DNA of 63,841 nucleotides, counting the filler, from Reticulomyxa filosa (lineage: Eukaryota > Protista > Foraminifera), in the NCBI GenBank assembly GCA_000512085.1. It is 16 parts of 16 records of this genome, joined end to end, with 100 filler letters (N's around TTAATTAATTAA, not from the genome) between each part and the next. Parts side by side here need not be neighbours in the genome. Positions count along the whole stretch, not along the records: positions 1 to 5,202 come from ASPP01008203.1; positions 5,303 to 8,823 come from ASPP01000509.1; positions 8,924 to 12,735 come from ASPP01011600.1; 13 more parts are not named here. One strand, 5' to 3'. The notes below the pieces were generated by a model, which worked only from the letters and a program-made list of their open reading frames with translations, was not told the DNA's origin and made no database searches. The first letter of the stretch is position 1. Every line of letters begins with the position of its first letter. Below are positions 1 to 12,312 of the stretch, piece by piece. Made by a program: the position numbers and the translations under genes.

Positions 1-496
1 TTTTTTTTTTTTTTCCTTGGATTTCCACGAATCCAGCAACGCTCGGTGTGGATGGACAAACCTATGTTGTTGTATTTTTTCAAAAATAATTTATAGTTGG
101 TGGATTGTGGCGGTTTTTTGTTTTTTGTTTATTTTTTTTGATAATTGTACAAAATGAAAAATGGGTCATTTTTGGTTGTTTTTTTTATTATTTTTTTTTT
201 GGTATTGTTGTTTGAAACAAAACATTGATAAAATTAGTGGTGTTTTGTGAGAGGAGGTTTTGAAAAAAGATTTGTAAACGATTTTTTTCTCTTTTGAGCA
301 ATTGGTCCTACATATCAAGCCAGCAGATTGTTTTTTCTTCCCCCAAATTCAATCGCTTGCCGAAAGTGAATTGGCTGGAATGAATATGGTATATAAGAGA
401 TAGATAAAAATATGGAGCTGATGACTGAGTTAATGGTGACGTAGTTCGTTCTAAGTGATTATCGTTAATTTTTTCTAAAAAAAAGACAAAAATACG

Positions 497-1174
497 ATGG
501 GTAACGCTTTTCCAAAAAAAATGAAAGCCCAAATTTTGTGTGTGGGCTTAGATAATAGTGGTAAATCCACTATCATCAACACATTGAAGCCAACAAAAGA
601 ACAATTGAAAGAATTAAATCCAACTGTGGGCTTTCAAGCAGAACAATTCACGTTCAACAGTATTCTGTTCACTGTCTTTGACATGTCTGGGCAAAACCGA
701 TATCGCAGTTTATGGGAGTATTATTTTGACGTATGTTTCGGTTCACACAACTGTAAAAAAAATTTTTAATTTTGAAAAATTAGCCAATAAATAGTGACTA
801 TGTTTTTTTGACAGGAGGTTGACGGTATAATGTTTGTCATCGACAGTGCGGATATCATTCGACTGTGTGTAGTAAAAGATGAACTCGATGTAATGTTGCA
901 ACATGAAAAAATGCGAGACAAAATCATACCTATTTTATTTTGTGCCAATAAAAAAGATTTGGTTAGCACAGCAGCTGTTACAGATATCGAAAGTACTCTT
1001 CAACTAAGTGCTCTTCAAAACCCATATTATGTAGTTAGCACAAATGGAAAGACTGGAGAAGGCCTTAAAGAAGGGCTGTCATGGATGACAGAAATGTTGG
1101 AAAAAAAGAGTTCTTCTAAAACAAAACTTAATAAAAAAGAAAAGTTAAAAAGTGGCAAAGAAAGTAAGAAGTAA
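497..1174 (+). CDS. ARL6: Arf-like small GTPase ARL6/BBS3; exons 497-730 and 815-1174
   Basis: GLDNSGKSTIINTLKP P-loop, PTVGF, FTVFDMSGQNRYRSLWE (DMSGQ is typical of ARL6), FVIDSAD, IPILFCANKKD. A phase-0 intron GTATGT...ACAG at 731-814 joins the two ORFs in frame. Confidence 0.9.
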
Positions 1175-1817
1175 ATTTTAATGTTAAAAAACTTAGTGGT
1201 AAAAATATTAAACTATTTAATTTTCGTCTAATATCATCTTTCAAAGAGAATATATAACTATTTCAGAAATATACTTTTGAAAAAGGTGTTTTTAATATTT
1301 AATCAAATTTTCTTTTTTCTCGCATGATGGATAGTTTTTGCAAAAAAAGTTTTGTATGTTGAAAAAGTAGCCAAGTGTTTGGTTTTGAAGAAATATTGGT
1401 TTTTATGAACATAATTATAAGTAACAATGGATATGTGTGTAAAGATAGTTAAACTTGTGTTACGTAATGTGTGATATTTGATTCTTGGCTTTCAGTACAA
1501 TCTGAGGTAGTACGCTCTTATTGATAAAAAGGTACACTCAAACATTGTTTGGAGTGAGCTTACGGTTTGCACTCTTTTTCCTTGTAAATATGCGTTGTGC
1601 ACGCTTTATTATTGAAAAGTATGGTTCCGAAAGTAAAACAGTGTTGTTGAACTAATTCACATGAAGAGCTGATTTATTTGTGGTTAATTATAGTATCGAT
1701 GGAAATGTACTATTAGTTGAAATAGAAGTGTTGAAGAAGGAAGAAAAAAGGACGCTCCAAAACCAACAAAAAGAAAAGAGGATGTTATTTGAAGAGTTGG
1801 AGTTTGATAGAAGTTGT

Positions 1818-2612
1818 TTAAACATCGCTCAAAGTGGAAGGTGTCTTAACAACTCGATACCAAAAACTATTGGCTCTTCGAATCCACTTACACAAATAGC
1901 CCAACACATAAGGGTCAGTATTGGGAGTGATCAAATATTTGTGTTCCCAGAGGTTTCTTTGATATATAATCTTCCTATCACTGTTTAACTCGAGCATCAT
2001 TACCATTGCATAGCTTTCGTCATTGTTATACGAATGTGGTTTGTGTTCGTCAAGGACACTGGACACAGTCGAATGAGCGTTGAAAGAAATTACCAATTGT
2101 TCACAAGTTTGTGGTGAGATTTGGTTATTTGTTTCCTTGTGTTCGGTCGATCTGACAGTTTCTTCTTCATCATCGCTCAAGTCCATCCAGTCAATACGAA
2201 TGTTCGTTAAAGTGGGGTCCGGTACCAAGTTGTGCATGGACCGGAAATGGAAAGGAATTTCACGAATTCCAATCCATCGATACCATGGGTCCTCGACTAT
2301 CACATTTTTGTGGTAATGACGCATATGTAGTCCCAATGATTTATCATTGTAGGCCGAAAGCAGATCGATTATAAATGCTATTTGAGATTCTGTCAGGTTT
2401 GAATGGCTGGGATTGTTTGCTATGAAAGGCTTATCCAATGCAAATACTGTTGAAGGCAGTTGGTCTACAGACGGTCTTGATGGCCAGTAGTGGTACAGCA
2501 AAACTGTTTCCAAGCTGATTATCCCACAACAACCAAACGCCACTTTCTTTATCACATGGTAGAAAGGACGCCCACGAAAAACAAACAATCTCCAAAATGC
2601 GTCCCAATTCAT
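1818..2612 (-). CDS. Hypothetical 264-aa protein, N-terminal hydrophobic segment plus possible SnoaL/NTF2-like domain
   Basis: Intronless ATG-to-stop ORF. YHKNVIVEDPW and KIIYQRNLW resemble the Y-x-x-D-x-x-F-x-D-P and KI-x-x-x-x-D-x-W patterns of SnoaL-like folds. Confidence 0.5.
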   Translation of the reverse strand: MNWDAFWRLFVFRGRPFYHVIKKVAFGCCGIISLETVLLYHYWPSRPSVDQLPSTVFALDKPFIANNPSHSNLTESQIAFIIDLLSAYNDKSLGLHMRHYHKNVIVEDPWYRWIGIREIPFHFRSMHNLVPDPTLTNIRIDWMDLSDDEEETVRSTEHKETNNQISPQTCEQLVISFNAHSTVSSVLDEHKPHSYNNDESYAMVMMLELNSDRKIIYQRNLWEHKYLITPNTDPYVLGYLCKWIRRANSFWYRVVKTPSTLSDV

Positions 2613-3849
2613 CTAAGAGCTTGAATTTTCACTTAAGAACTTTACGTATCAGCAAGGTGTTTCGTTTTCGGAACAGCTGTCGTTGAAAGTAGAAAAAAAA
2701 AACTTGAACAACTTTTTGAATTATTATATTTTACAATTTTAAATTGTTCGTGCATAATATTAGCAAAGAAAATAATGTCCAACTGTACTTTTTTTCACGT
2801 TTTTTTTTTTTGAAGATCTCCCAAAATAAGTTTTGAAATGTGTTCAAAGCATTGAAACTAAGTTTTCTTGTTGATATGATTGTTGTGAAAACGACGAATG
2901 ACCAAACAGAGACGCAAATAAAACAGGAAATTCTCAAGTTTGATGCAAGCGGTGACTGAGTGAACACACTAACGAAAATAGACAAATAACGAAGATTAAT
3001 AGTTACTTTTGTCTAGATGTACTAATAAAACTGCTACACATGAGTTTTGTCGTTGCTAAAAAATAAAAAAATTGTTTATATGTTGATTATCTTTTCAACT
3101 TTTTGCTTGTTTTCAATACATACGCTTTGAAATACAATGACAGCTCACTTCAAATATGATTTGATAAAATTTTACTCAATATTTGAATATTCGTTATTTG
3201 AAGACATTGTAAAAAATTTTAGATTAGCGCTTTCAAACATATGTTGTTTTTTGATTTATGAATATATAACAATAATTGAAAAGCTGAATGAATAACAGAG
3301 AAATATATTTAAAATGCTTTCTATTATTGGAAAAAACTATACATTTCATTTGTCTAAAAAAACTTGTTATTACTTAAGTAACAGGTCATACATTGTGAAT
3401 ATATTGATTATAAAATATTATTGACATGTATATGAAAGTACACCTGTTCTGTTATTATAGCAATATCATGAGAACTACTATAATTGTAACGTGATAATCA
3501 CATATTTGAAGTTTCTGAAAGCAATGTTTTTCAGCATAATAGCAACATATCTGTTAGCATAATGTTAATATAGTAAATCGATATTTTCATAATGTTGTAA
3601 CATTTTTTTATTGATTGAAAATTTACAAAGATACTGACTACATGCAGATTGTTGGATATGCTCTCCTTATTTATATAACTGCTACATGAAATGGAGGTAT
3701 TAAAACTCAGTAATTCAAAATAAAATCTTTAATATCATTTGAAAGAAATCTTGTTATGAATACAACAAGACTTTACAATCATAAGAGGAAAAACAAATCC
3801 TACGTAACATTAAAGAATATGTCAATTGCATCTACAAATTGACAACACT

Positions 3850-5083
3850 TTATTTCTCTGGTTCATTGTGTATTATTCTAATTGCATGTGGTAACACAAT
3901 AATTAAACTATCTAGGCACTCCTTAATTGCTTTCGTACTTCCGGGCAAATTAATGATTAAAGTTTCTTTTGCAATACCAGCACAATAACGAGATAAACTG
4001 GCAAAAGGCGTGTGCTATTCATACAAATTATGTTTAGTTTTATATAAATGTCTATCTATTTATTTATTTATATAACACAAAAACCACAATCAAATAACGA
4101 ACAAGCAATATATCAAACCTCCAATCCATGTTTCAACATCAAGTGAACTAATCCCGGAGTTTCTTTTTCAATAACGGACTGGGTTGCTTCAGGTGTGACA
4201 TCCCGTTTTCCGAATCCAGTTCCACCTAAAGTAAATATTAGATCACATGATCCAATCCAGCCTCGTAGGTGTTTCACAATAGCGTCCTTATCATCGGCGA
4301 CAATTCTATTGTATTTGTTCATAAAAAAAAAAAATAATTTTTTTTTTTCCTCCTCCCTCCGTTTTTTCAACTTTCAAAAAAAATAAGTGTGAGCATGTTG
4401 AAATAATATAACAAAGTGTTATCAACATAAACTGCTGTTCCCCAATTTGATAGGAAATATTCAGCGTATTTTTATCCTGCAAATACGTAGCCACAAAAGG
4501 GCCACTTTCGTCTTTGTAAACACCTTTGGAAGCTCTGTCACTGACGGTAAGCAAGCGAATCCTACGATCGCAAAGCCACATCACACAAGATATAAAGCAA
4601 TTGAGCAAGTAGACGTGGAAGGGGAAAAAAAAACGAAAAACAAAACTGAATGGTCTTTTTTTTCGCTTTCTTCTTTTTTCTTTTCTTCTGCAGAGTGACT
4701 ATACGAATACGCGGCAGTAGAGGTAACTGATTGTCCATCACTGGGAGGAGCGAGATGAGAATGGGCATGTGAATGTGAATGCGAATGCGAATGCAAATGA
4801 GAGTGAGAATGACTACTACCACTACTACCACTACTACTACTACTACTTCCACCTGTCATTGCATTCATGCTGCACATACAAGAGACATCTTTTCCACGCT
4901 GTTTTTGAGAAGAAAGACGGCAGAGGGGGCATATCGGGGATGAGTTTTCCAATAACTAATCCTTTCACCATTGATCCCTTTCGAACGATTTCATTTCCCT
5001 GAGGGATCAGCAGCAAGCAATTGCAGTCTCGAATACTTAACAGTCGACTACTTCGTTGAAACCCACAGCTTACAGCAATGAAT
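3850..5083 (-). CDS. CNX1: Molybdenum cofactor biosynthesis protein Cnx1/gephyrin-like, 5' partial: MoeA (E) C-terminus, His/Ser linker, MogA (G) domain
   Basis: E end: GFQRSSRLLSIRDCNCLLLIPQG. G domain: LTVSDRASKGVYKDESGP, DLIFTLGGTGFGKRDVTPEAT, and a last exon at 3850-4014 (not in the ORF track) reading TPFASLSRYCAGIAKETLIINLPGSTKAIKECL...LPHAI. Intron 4015-4118. Reading frame across the linker is ambiguous. Confidence 0.88.
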
Positions 5084-5162
5084 CTTTGTTTTTTCCTTTT
5101 ATATACATACATACATTTATATTTCCAAAAGAATGTTACAGAATTCAAACCTTGTAATTTCA

Positions 5163-5202
<40 letters not shown>

Positions 5203-5302
5203 NNNNNNNNNNNNNNNNNNNNNNNNNNNNNNNNNNNNNNNNNNNNTTAATTAATTAANNNNNNNNNNNNNNNNNNNNNNNNNNNNNNNNNNNNNNNNNN
5301 NN
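5203..5302. other. Artificial contig spacer (44N-TTAATTAATTAA-44N); also at 8824, 12736, 15166, 16266, 29417, 31728, 34531, 36212, 42787, 52701, 54418, 56411, 57695, 62457
   Basis: The same 100-nt structure occurs 15 times; the 12-mer places stop codons in all six frames. Confidence 0.98.
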
Positions 5303-5801
5303 ATTAATCACATCAACAATGGAAGCATCAATTCCTACTTTGCGACTCAAAAAGGGGGGGTTTTTTCATGATGACGATTGTTCGTTGTCGCCTCAATTTG
5401 TCATTGTGATTATTTCTCCATTTTTTTTTTTCCTTTTCCATTTTTTTTCTTTTGTAGGGTTAAATATTAAATTCTCTCTTCCCCCCCCCCCTCTCTATCC
5501 CCTTTTAAAAAAATTTCCATCTGTTGGGATGATTACTTATTTTTTTTAATTATTTGACATTTCAAAATTTAAACACTGTGCGCATTCAACTGTCCCTGCT
5601 TCCACCATTTCGACTACACATTTCACATCACCAAGGTGTAGGACAACATTACAGTTATTAAAAAGACGCAAATCAATGATAGCAATGATAGTCAGCATCT
5701 TGTACTTGACTAGTCCAAGAAAGCTTTTTTAACAACGTTGTATTGTTGGGATAGGAAGAAAAAAAACTCGTTTTCTCGGCCCTCATACAACTAAAACTAA
5801 A

Positions 5802-7262
5802 ATGAGTAACCAAACGAAGAAAGTGGAACTCTTCCATCCGTTGCAAAGGTTGCCCATATTGGTAGAAAATAGCCCGTGTGTGTTGTATAGAAATGAACTG
5901 TTATTTTTTGGAGGGCATTTCAAGGCGAACGAGTGTTACTCGTATCACATACTGAAAGATCAGTACAAGCGAATCTGCACATACTCAACGGACATAGCGT
6001 TGAACGGACACTGTGTAGTGAAGCGCGAGAACCCGTACAATTCAAATGAGATAATATTATATTCGTTTGGCGGACAGGGTCCGAACGAGCGCAAGACGAC
6101 ACTGATGATGAGATACGTAAGCGTATGGGACGAAGGTAACAACGACTGGCACAAGCAATCGCAGCACAAGGTCACAGCGAATGAATGGCGACCGTTTGTA
6201 TGTGACACAATTCAAAGAACAATCGGAGAGTTCCAAGACGACATGCGAGGCATGCGAGCAGCAGTGGTCAGCAACGGCACGGATGAATTGCTGTTTGTGA
6301 CATACCGTCCCAATCGCATCGTCGTGTATGACGCCGACACATTGCGACCACTGACGCAACTTTGCAAAGAACAGTTGCCAATGACAGGCATCAAAGTGGA
6401 GGTTGCATTTCATTGTCTAATTCCCATATCATTTCCTTACGTGACAACAACAACAGGAAATATTCCCCCTCCTCTCAAACGAGCACGAACATTAAGTAGT
6501 CCCAACCAAAGTCAAAGTCGTGGCAATGACGTATACGAAATGCTCTTCTTTTGTCGACACAACGGATTATTGATTCGATTCAACCGAGCCAAAGCCGCGT
6601 TTGAATATCGCACGTTGAATGTTCCCGACAGCTTCTCCACGCTGAGTCGGTGTTCATTTGTGTGTATAGACGATGCAGTCTTGTTCTTTGGCGGGATGGA
6701 CGCGCTGTTACGTTGCGTCAATGTCGTGCATGTGTATTCGATCAAACACAACACGTGGGCCAAGTCTGAACACACCTTGCCTGCTGGATTGTATGGCAGC
6801 ACTGCGTGTCTCAACATACACAACAAGTTCATTCACATCTTCGGTGGCTTCTCTGATCAACTCATGGTCTCTAATCATATGAGAACCAGAGCTACCGACT
6901 GGCTCACTCCACAGCACACCACCACCATCACCACCACCACCACCACTACCACCACTACCACTACACTTTCGCAACTCAATGACAGTGCACTTTTATCCAA
7001 TACAAACGATGACAATAACAATAAAAGTATTAATAACAACAATGTAAGCGATATGGACAACAAATCCAAAGTAATCAAAACCTGCGTCGACTGGTGGGGC
7101 AGATTAACCGAAAGTGAGAAAGCTGACCTGTTTGACAAGTTAAATAAGTTGCCTCAAGACCAGTTTTTAGCCTGGTTCAAATCCACAAGCAAATGGGGAG
7201 GCAACTTTACTCATCAAGACTTGCCTATTGTTTGCTGTACCATCAAATATGGTTGGGCCAAT
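5802..7262 (+). CDS. Kelch-repeat beta-propeller region, probably exon 1 of a Kelch plus caspase-like gene
   Basis: LLFFGG, YSFGG, VLFFGG...VHVYSIKHNTWAK, IHIFGG Kelch motifs; Thr/Asn-rich linker; candidate donor AAT|GTTTGT at 7263. Confidence 0.8.
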
Positions 7263-7508
7263 GTTTGTATCCAAACACACATGATATAATATATGTACAA
7301 TATATACAATATATATTTATATATATATATGTATATATATATGTATGTGTTAATAAACGCAAATTTATTGTATGTGAAATGAATAATAAATAGATAAAGC
7401 CTGCAGTTATTTAAATCCTTTGCTATATTCATATATATATTTTTTTTTTATATGCTTCGTTTTTTTTTTTTTTTTTTAATAAACAAACACACACGCACAC
7501 ACAAAAAG

Positions 7509-8639
7509 GAGGTAATAATATTGACAGTCGGTAACAAAAAAGTCGAAGTGACAAAGGACAAAGTGACACACGAGGAGCTGTTGCGTCAAGGATACAGCAT
7601 GTTGGAATCGAAAGAGGCGGAGAACCTGACGAAGCCGAACAAGAAGTTGCAAATCGTAGGTATCGACGGGAACGTGGTGGATTCGGACTTGAGTCTTTGG
7701 AAGGCATTAGAGGGCGGATGTTCGTCATTTAAAGTGACATGGACAACAATTCCATATTCACACGAAGTGTCAAAAGGACTGAGCTCCTCCTTCTTTTTAT
7801 CATCATCATCATCATCTTCTTCTTCTTCTTCTTCTTCTTCTTCTTCTCCCTTAGGCACAACAAAGACCATTCGCAATGCATTTGTGGTAATGATCGGCAT
7901 TAGCGAGTACAACGACAACACAGGATTGCACCATTTGTCCAACGTGAAGCTCAAAGACATGACCAACTTCGAGCAGCTGTTTGCAAAAGAGCTGCAATTT
8001 GAATTCGTGTGCAACAAGACTCTGAAAATGACCAAGGCAGAAGTGGAGGCTTTTGCGCGAGACGTCGCTGTTCGCTACAAACTCGGAGCCAATTGCATGG
8101 GCTACGACGCTCTCATTGTCATCCTTTGCGGACATGGCATTTCCAATCATGCACTCATCACCAGCGATGGGTTGTCCATCTCTTTGCATGCTTTTCTATC
8201 TCTCATTGTTCCTCCTCTTCCATCTTCATCCTTTGGCTCGAGCACTTCTAATTCCACCAAGTCTTTGTCGCCGTGGAACACTTGTATCAAACTTTTTATC
8301 ACAGACTTTCGTCGGGGTCAAAACTTTCCCAAATCTTTTGCCAAGTCTGTTCTTACTTCTCAAACACAATCCATTGAAGATATTATTCATCATGATGATA
8401 ATCGATCATTGCATATCTGGTCTGTTGCTAAAGGACATACGCTCAGCGACTCTTCGCTTCTTAGTCAATCCTTCAAAGATGTCTTCTTGCACATGTACAA
8501 AAACAAGTCCTCATTCGCTCACATGTTGCATCGCATTCAATTGCAAGCGCAGAAAACATTAGATCATGATTCATATTTGATTGAAACCAAAGGAAATACC
8601 TTGTCTGAAATCTTTTTTGTCAAGCGCCACTTGCTCTAA
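7509..8639 (+). CDS. Caspase/metacaspase-like (C14 fold) domain with the catalytic Cys apparently replaced by Arg; probable last exon of the Kelch gene
   Basis: NAFVVMIGISEY (first beta strand), DALIVILCGHG (His 8133-8135), KLFITDFRRG where DxCRG is expected; in-frame acceptor AAAAAG|GAG at 7508. Confidence 0.7.
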   Translation, partial: EVIILTVGNKKVEVTKDKVTHEELLRQGYSMLESKEAENLTKPNKKLQIVGIDGNVVDSDLSLWKALEGGCSSFKVTWTTIPYSHEVSKGLSSSFFLSSSSSSSSSSSSSSSSPLGTTKTIRNAFVVMIGISEYNDNTGLHHLSNVKLKDMTNFEQLFAKELQFEFVCNKTLKMTKAEVEAFARDVAVRYKLGANCMGYDALIVILCGHGISNHALITSDGLSISLHAFLSLIVPPLPSSSFGSSTSNSTKSLSPWNTCIKLFITDFRRGQNFPKSFAKSVLTSQTQSIEDIIHHDDNRSLHIWSVAKGHTLSDSSLLSQSFKDVFLHMYKNKSSFAHMLHRIQLQAQKTLDHDSYLIETKGNTLSEIFFVKRHLL

Positions 8640-8923
8640 ATCGCTTTTTTTTTCACATTTTTGTCACATTTCAGGATGCTTTTATTCTTTCAATAAATCG
8701 CAACATCTTTTTTTTCGTCTCTTCGTCTTTAAAAAATGTGCTTGATATTAATAATCAATTTTTTAAAATGTAACAAGAATAATGCTCTCTCCAGTTATAA
8801 TTCAGCAAAAACAAAGTCAAATTNNNNNNNNNNNNNNNNNNNNNNNNNNNNNNNNNNNNNNNNNNNNTTAATTAATTAANNNNNNNNNNNNNNNNNNNNN
8901 NNNNNNNNNNNNNNNNNNNNNNN

Positions 8924-10444
8924 AAAAAATAAAATATTTTGAACTGTCATGACGATAAAAACATGCGTTCCCTCGCTTGCAATTTCCGCGAGTGTAATAC
9001 TTGCAAAACTGACTATATTTGGGAGAAGTGTCTTCCGGACTCATTTCGACTCTCGAATGATAATCTCGACTGTCGGTGCGTGGTTTGCGCGTTCGATGAA
9101 AATCGCTGCGGTGTATTCTTTGGCCATTGGATATTGTCCGTTCTTTTTTGCCTTTGTTAGCAAATCGAATAACAAATTCCCTCGTGGCAGTCGGAAAAGG
9201 CTTTTTGCCGTTCCAATCTTCCATCGCCGCTCTTGCCATGTCTTGCTCAGCAAAATGGACAAAGCCCACTTCTCGCGATTCATTTGTGTACTTGTCATAC
9301 AGCACCCTCGCCGCGTGAATTGCTCCATACACTTCAAAAAACTTGCGTAATTCCATATCCCGCCATTGCTTGGGCAATCCTTCCACGTAAATATTTGTTG
9401 ACGACAAATGGGGGTTTCGACGAGATGCTTTTTTTTATTTTTATTAATTTTTATTTTGTTGTGATTTAATTTGAATTATTGACGTTATCAATCTAGTTTT
9501 GTCTATTTCAAAAAAAAAAAAAAAAAACTTTACCCAACCTGGACCGACATGAATGATATTTCCATATAAATCCTTTCCATCTAATGATTCAAGACATTTC
9601 TTTCCATCAATGCCGGATTCAAACTCCAGAAATGCATAACAGGTGTCTGTTCAGTGCCGTCATACAAAAAAAAAAAAAAAGGTGTATATGTATTGCATAT
9701 GTTTGTATCACAAACAAATAATAATAAAAAAAAAAAACAACATTCAACACGCAAAAATTATTTTTAAAAAAAAAGTGGTGACAATACCTGTGACTACTCT
9801 TTTAAAAAATTTTAATTCTCTCAATTCTCCGTTTTGTTGAAATGGAACCAACAATTGTGAGAATTGGTCTTCATTTATGTCCCCAGGGATATTTGTCACA
9901 AAAAGCTTCTTGAATATATTGTAATCCGCTATCTCGTCCTTTTTTTTTTAAATTCAATTTTTTCTCAGTGAGGAGGCACAACAAGCCGACAAAATGACCC
10001 CCAAAAATAATTTTTTTAAAAAATAAAAAAAAAAAGCAGTTCAAACAAATGCAAGCTGTTCAAGCTTTTTTTTTTTTTACAACATAAGTGCTAACAATTT
10101 CGTTCGTTTTGAAACTGACTTTGTCTCAAAACATAGCATATGGAGGATAAAATGTTTGTCGCTAGCTTTTGTTCCACCGGTGCGAAACACCGTGCTTTTT
10201 TTTTTTTTGAAAAGAACAGACGCAAAAAAAAAAAAAAAAAGGTACTTACTGTTGGTAAATTGGTCGGTTCGGGTTGAGTTCCATTTGCGGGTAAATGATT
10301 GCTACCATTTAAAACACTCTCATTGGGGTTATTCACCAACATTGAGTTGCTTGGCTGCGCACCGTTTAAATCAGACCGCTTTTCGGAACTTGCGTGAGAA
10401 GTCACCACTGTTGAAGGCTGAATTTGTGTATCTAACAGATTCAT
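8924..10444 (-). CDS. RNA-binding protein with two RRMs and a CCCH zinc finger; multi-exon, 3' end cut by the contig edge
   Basis: N-terminal exon from ATG 10444. RRM1 is split over exons ~9790-9938 (KKLFVTNIP) and ~9534-9647 (CYAFLEF). RRM2 has NIYVEGLP and VGFVHF, followed by CKYYTRGNCKRGNACFYRH. Confidence 0.82.
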
Positions 10445-10798
10445 GGTATGCAATGTCAGCGATTTTGGTGGTTTTTCCGAAAAAGATCAACACAAAATAA
10501 TTAAATAATAATAATAATAAATTTTGAAGTTTGACTCTAAGGAACGTAACAGAACCCATGTGTAAGATGTCCTTTATCACACAATTTTTATGTTGGTACT
10601 GATCGCTTTTGTTAGAGATGCAAAGAAGGGTTTGTGCATTAAGCTTCGAATTGTAACTAGGTTTGCTATAATTATTTCAAAATGAAAATCGAAATGAGAA
10701 TGGCTTGATTGTCTTTGATCTGCATATTAAAAAAAAAAGAAACAAGGTGAGATTTATTACGAGTTAAACAAAGAAACTCCGAAAGTTAAAGATTAAAA

Positions 10799-11873
10799 CT
10801 AATCCCAAACTCGAATAGAGCCCAAAGTATCACAAGAAAATAGAACATTCGATTTTGTAGGATGTCGGACAACTTGGGTGACAATGCCGACATTTTTGGA
10901 AAGAGACGAAGCACTTTTGGATTCCAGTTGACGGATGACATTAGCACTTAACAAATCCCAAAAGTATATTTTCCCGTCCTCAGACCCGCTAATGATATAA
11001 CTTTCATCGAGTCCAAAGATGCTCACAACTTTGTATTCTTTGTTGCTGTGGCCCTTGTATTGATTCAAAACCACGCCCGTGGAGTTATCCACCAATCGTA
11101 TTTTGTCATCCAAGCACGACAATAGCACACATTTACTGTCGTTACTGACATTGACATTTGTCACAGGTTGGCCAATGCAATCTGTCCCAAGAAGGACCAA
11201 AAAAAGAAGTATACGTATACGACCTCGGAAAAACTTTAGAGTAAGTAGTAAGTAAGAGCTGGCTCTATATTTTCTATCATGTGTATATACCTGTATACTT
11301 TTGTCCATTTCGAACGTCATAAATACGAACAAAACCATCGACACAACTAGTGACGATTTGAAAGTTTTTAATGGCAACGTGTGTGACCGAGTCTTTGAAA
11401 TCGCCAGAAAGCTTTTGGATAGGCCTTTTGTTGAATGATTTCAAATCCCACAAACACACGGTTTGATCGTAACTTGCGCTTGCAAAGCAGCTGTAGTTTG
11501 ATGTTTCGTAGCACACACAATTGATTGTCGATGTGTGTGCCCAATACTTCCCAGTCACTCGACAGCCTTTTACGTCCCACACAAAAATACAACGGTCTCC
11601 ACCAGCACTCAAAAACGCAGAGTTGTCTTTTTGCACTGTTATGCTATGGACATCGTAGCCATGCCCATTGTCAAAGTCCTTGATCTTGAAATTTGTGTGG
11701 GGATTCCACAGACGAATTGTTTTATCGCTCCCTCCGGAAAGTAAAAAACTTCCGTCATGTGTTGTGGCTAGAGCATAAATAGGGCCACTGTGTCCAGTCA
11801 ATTGATGCTTGCATTTTGATGGAAGCTTACTTTTTTCCTTTTCTTGGGAAGAGGACGTATCTAATTTGCTCAT
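10799..11873 (-). CDS. WDR83: WD40 protein WDR83/MORG1; exons 11873-11291 and 11181-10799
   Basis: SDKTIRLWNP, GHGYDV, SAGGDR, ASASYD...LWD, RPIQ, FKDSVT, VDGFVRIYDVRNG, LDDKIRLVD...YKGH, SGSEDG match the MORG1 pattern. GT-AG intron 11182-11290 restores the frame (YT|D-CIGQPV). Confidence 0.85.
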
Positions 11874-12312
11874 TTCTTATTCGAGTTTTTTAAAAACTTA
11901 CAACAATCTCCCCTCCGAACTTTAAAAATAAAAACGGTCCAATTTAATTTTGTGAATTACTATTTTTTTTGTAAATCTTTTGTGTTCTAAGTCTCTTCGT
12001 GCAAGACGTTTAATGAATGCACAGGTTTCAAAAAAGTTACTTGTTGAGGCACACTAAAACTGCTCTACTTATTATTCTGCCTGTTTGCAATATTCAACGT
12101 TTCAACGTCGAGATCGAGCAGTTTCTAAACAGACAATGGAAGAGAGTTAAAGTACAGCAATACTGTGACAGCTTGTTACAGTTCTACAAGTCGCAAAAAG
12201 TTCTTTTTTTTTGGCTCCTCTGAATTGAATTAAGGAAAAAAATGTACGTTTGTTGTGTGAAGTATTGTATTCCTTGTTGTTTCCCTTTGCGGAATAAAAA
12301 TAGGCAATTGTT

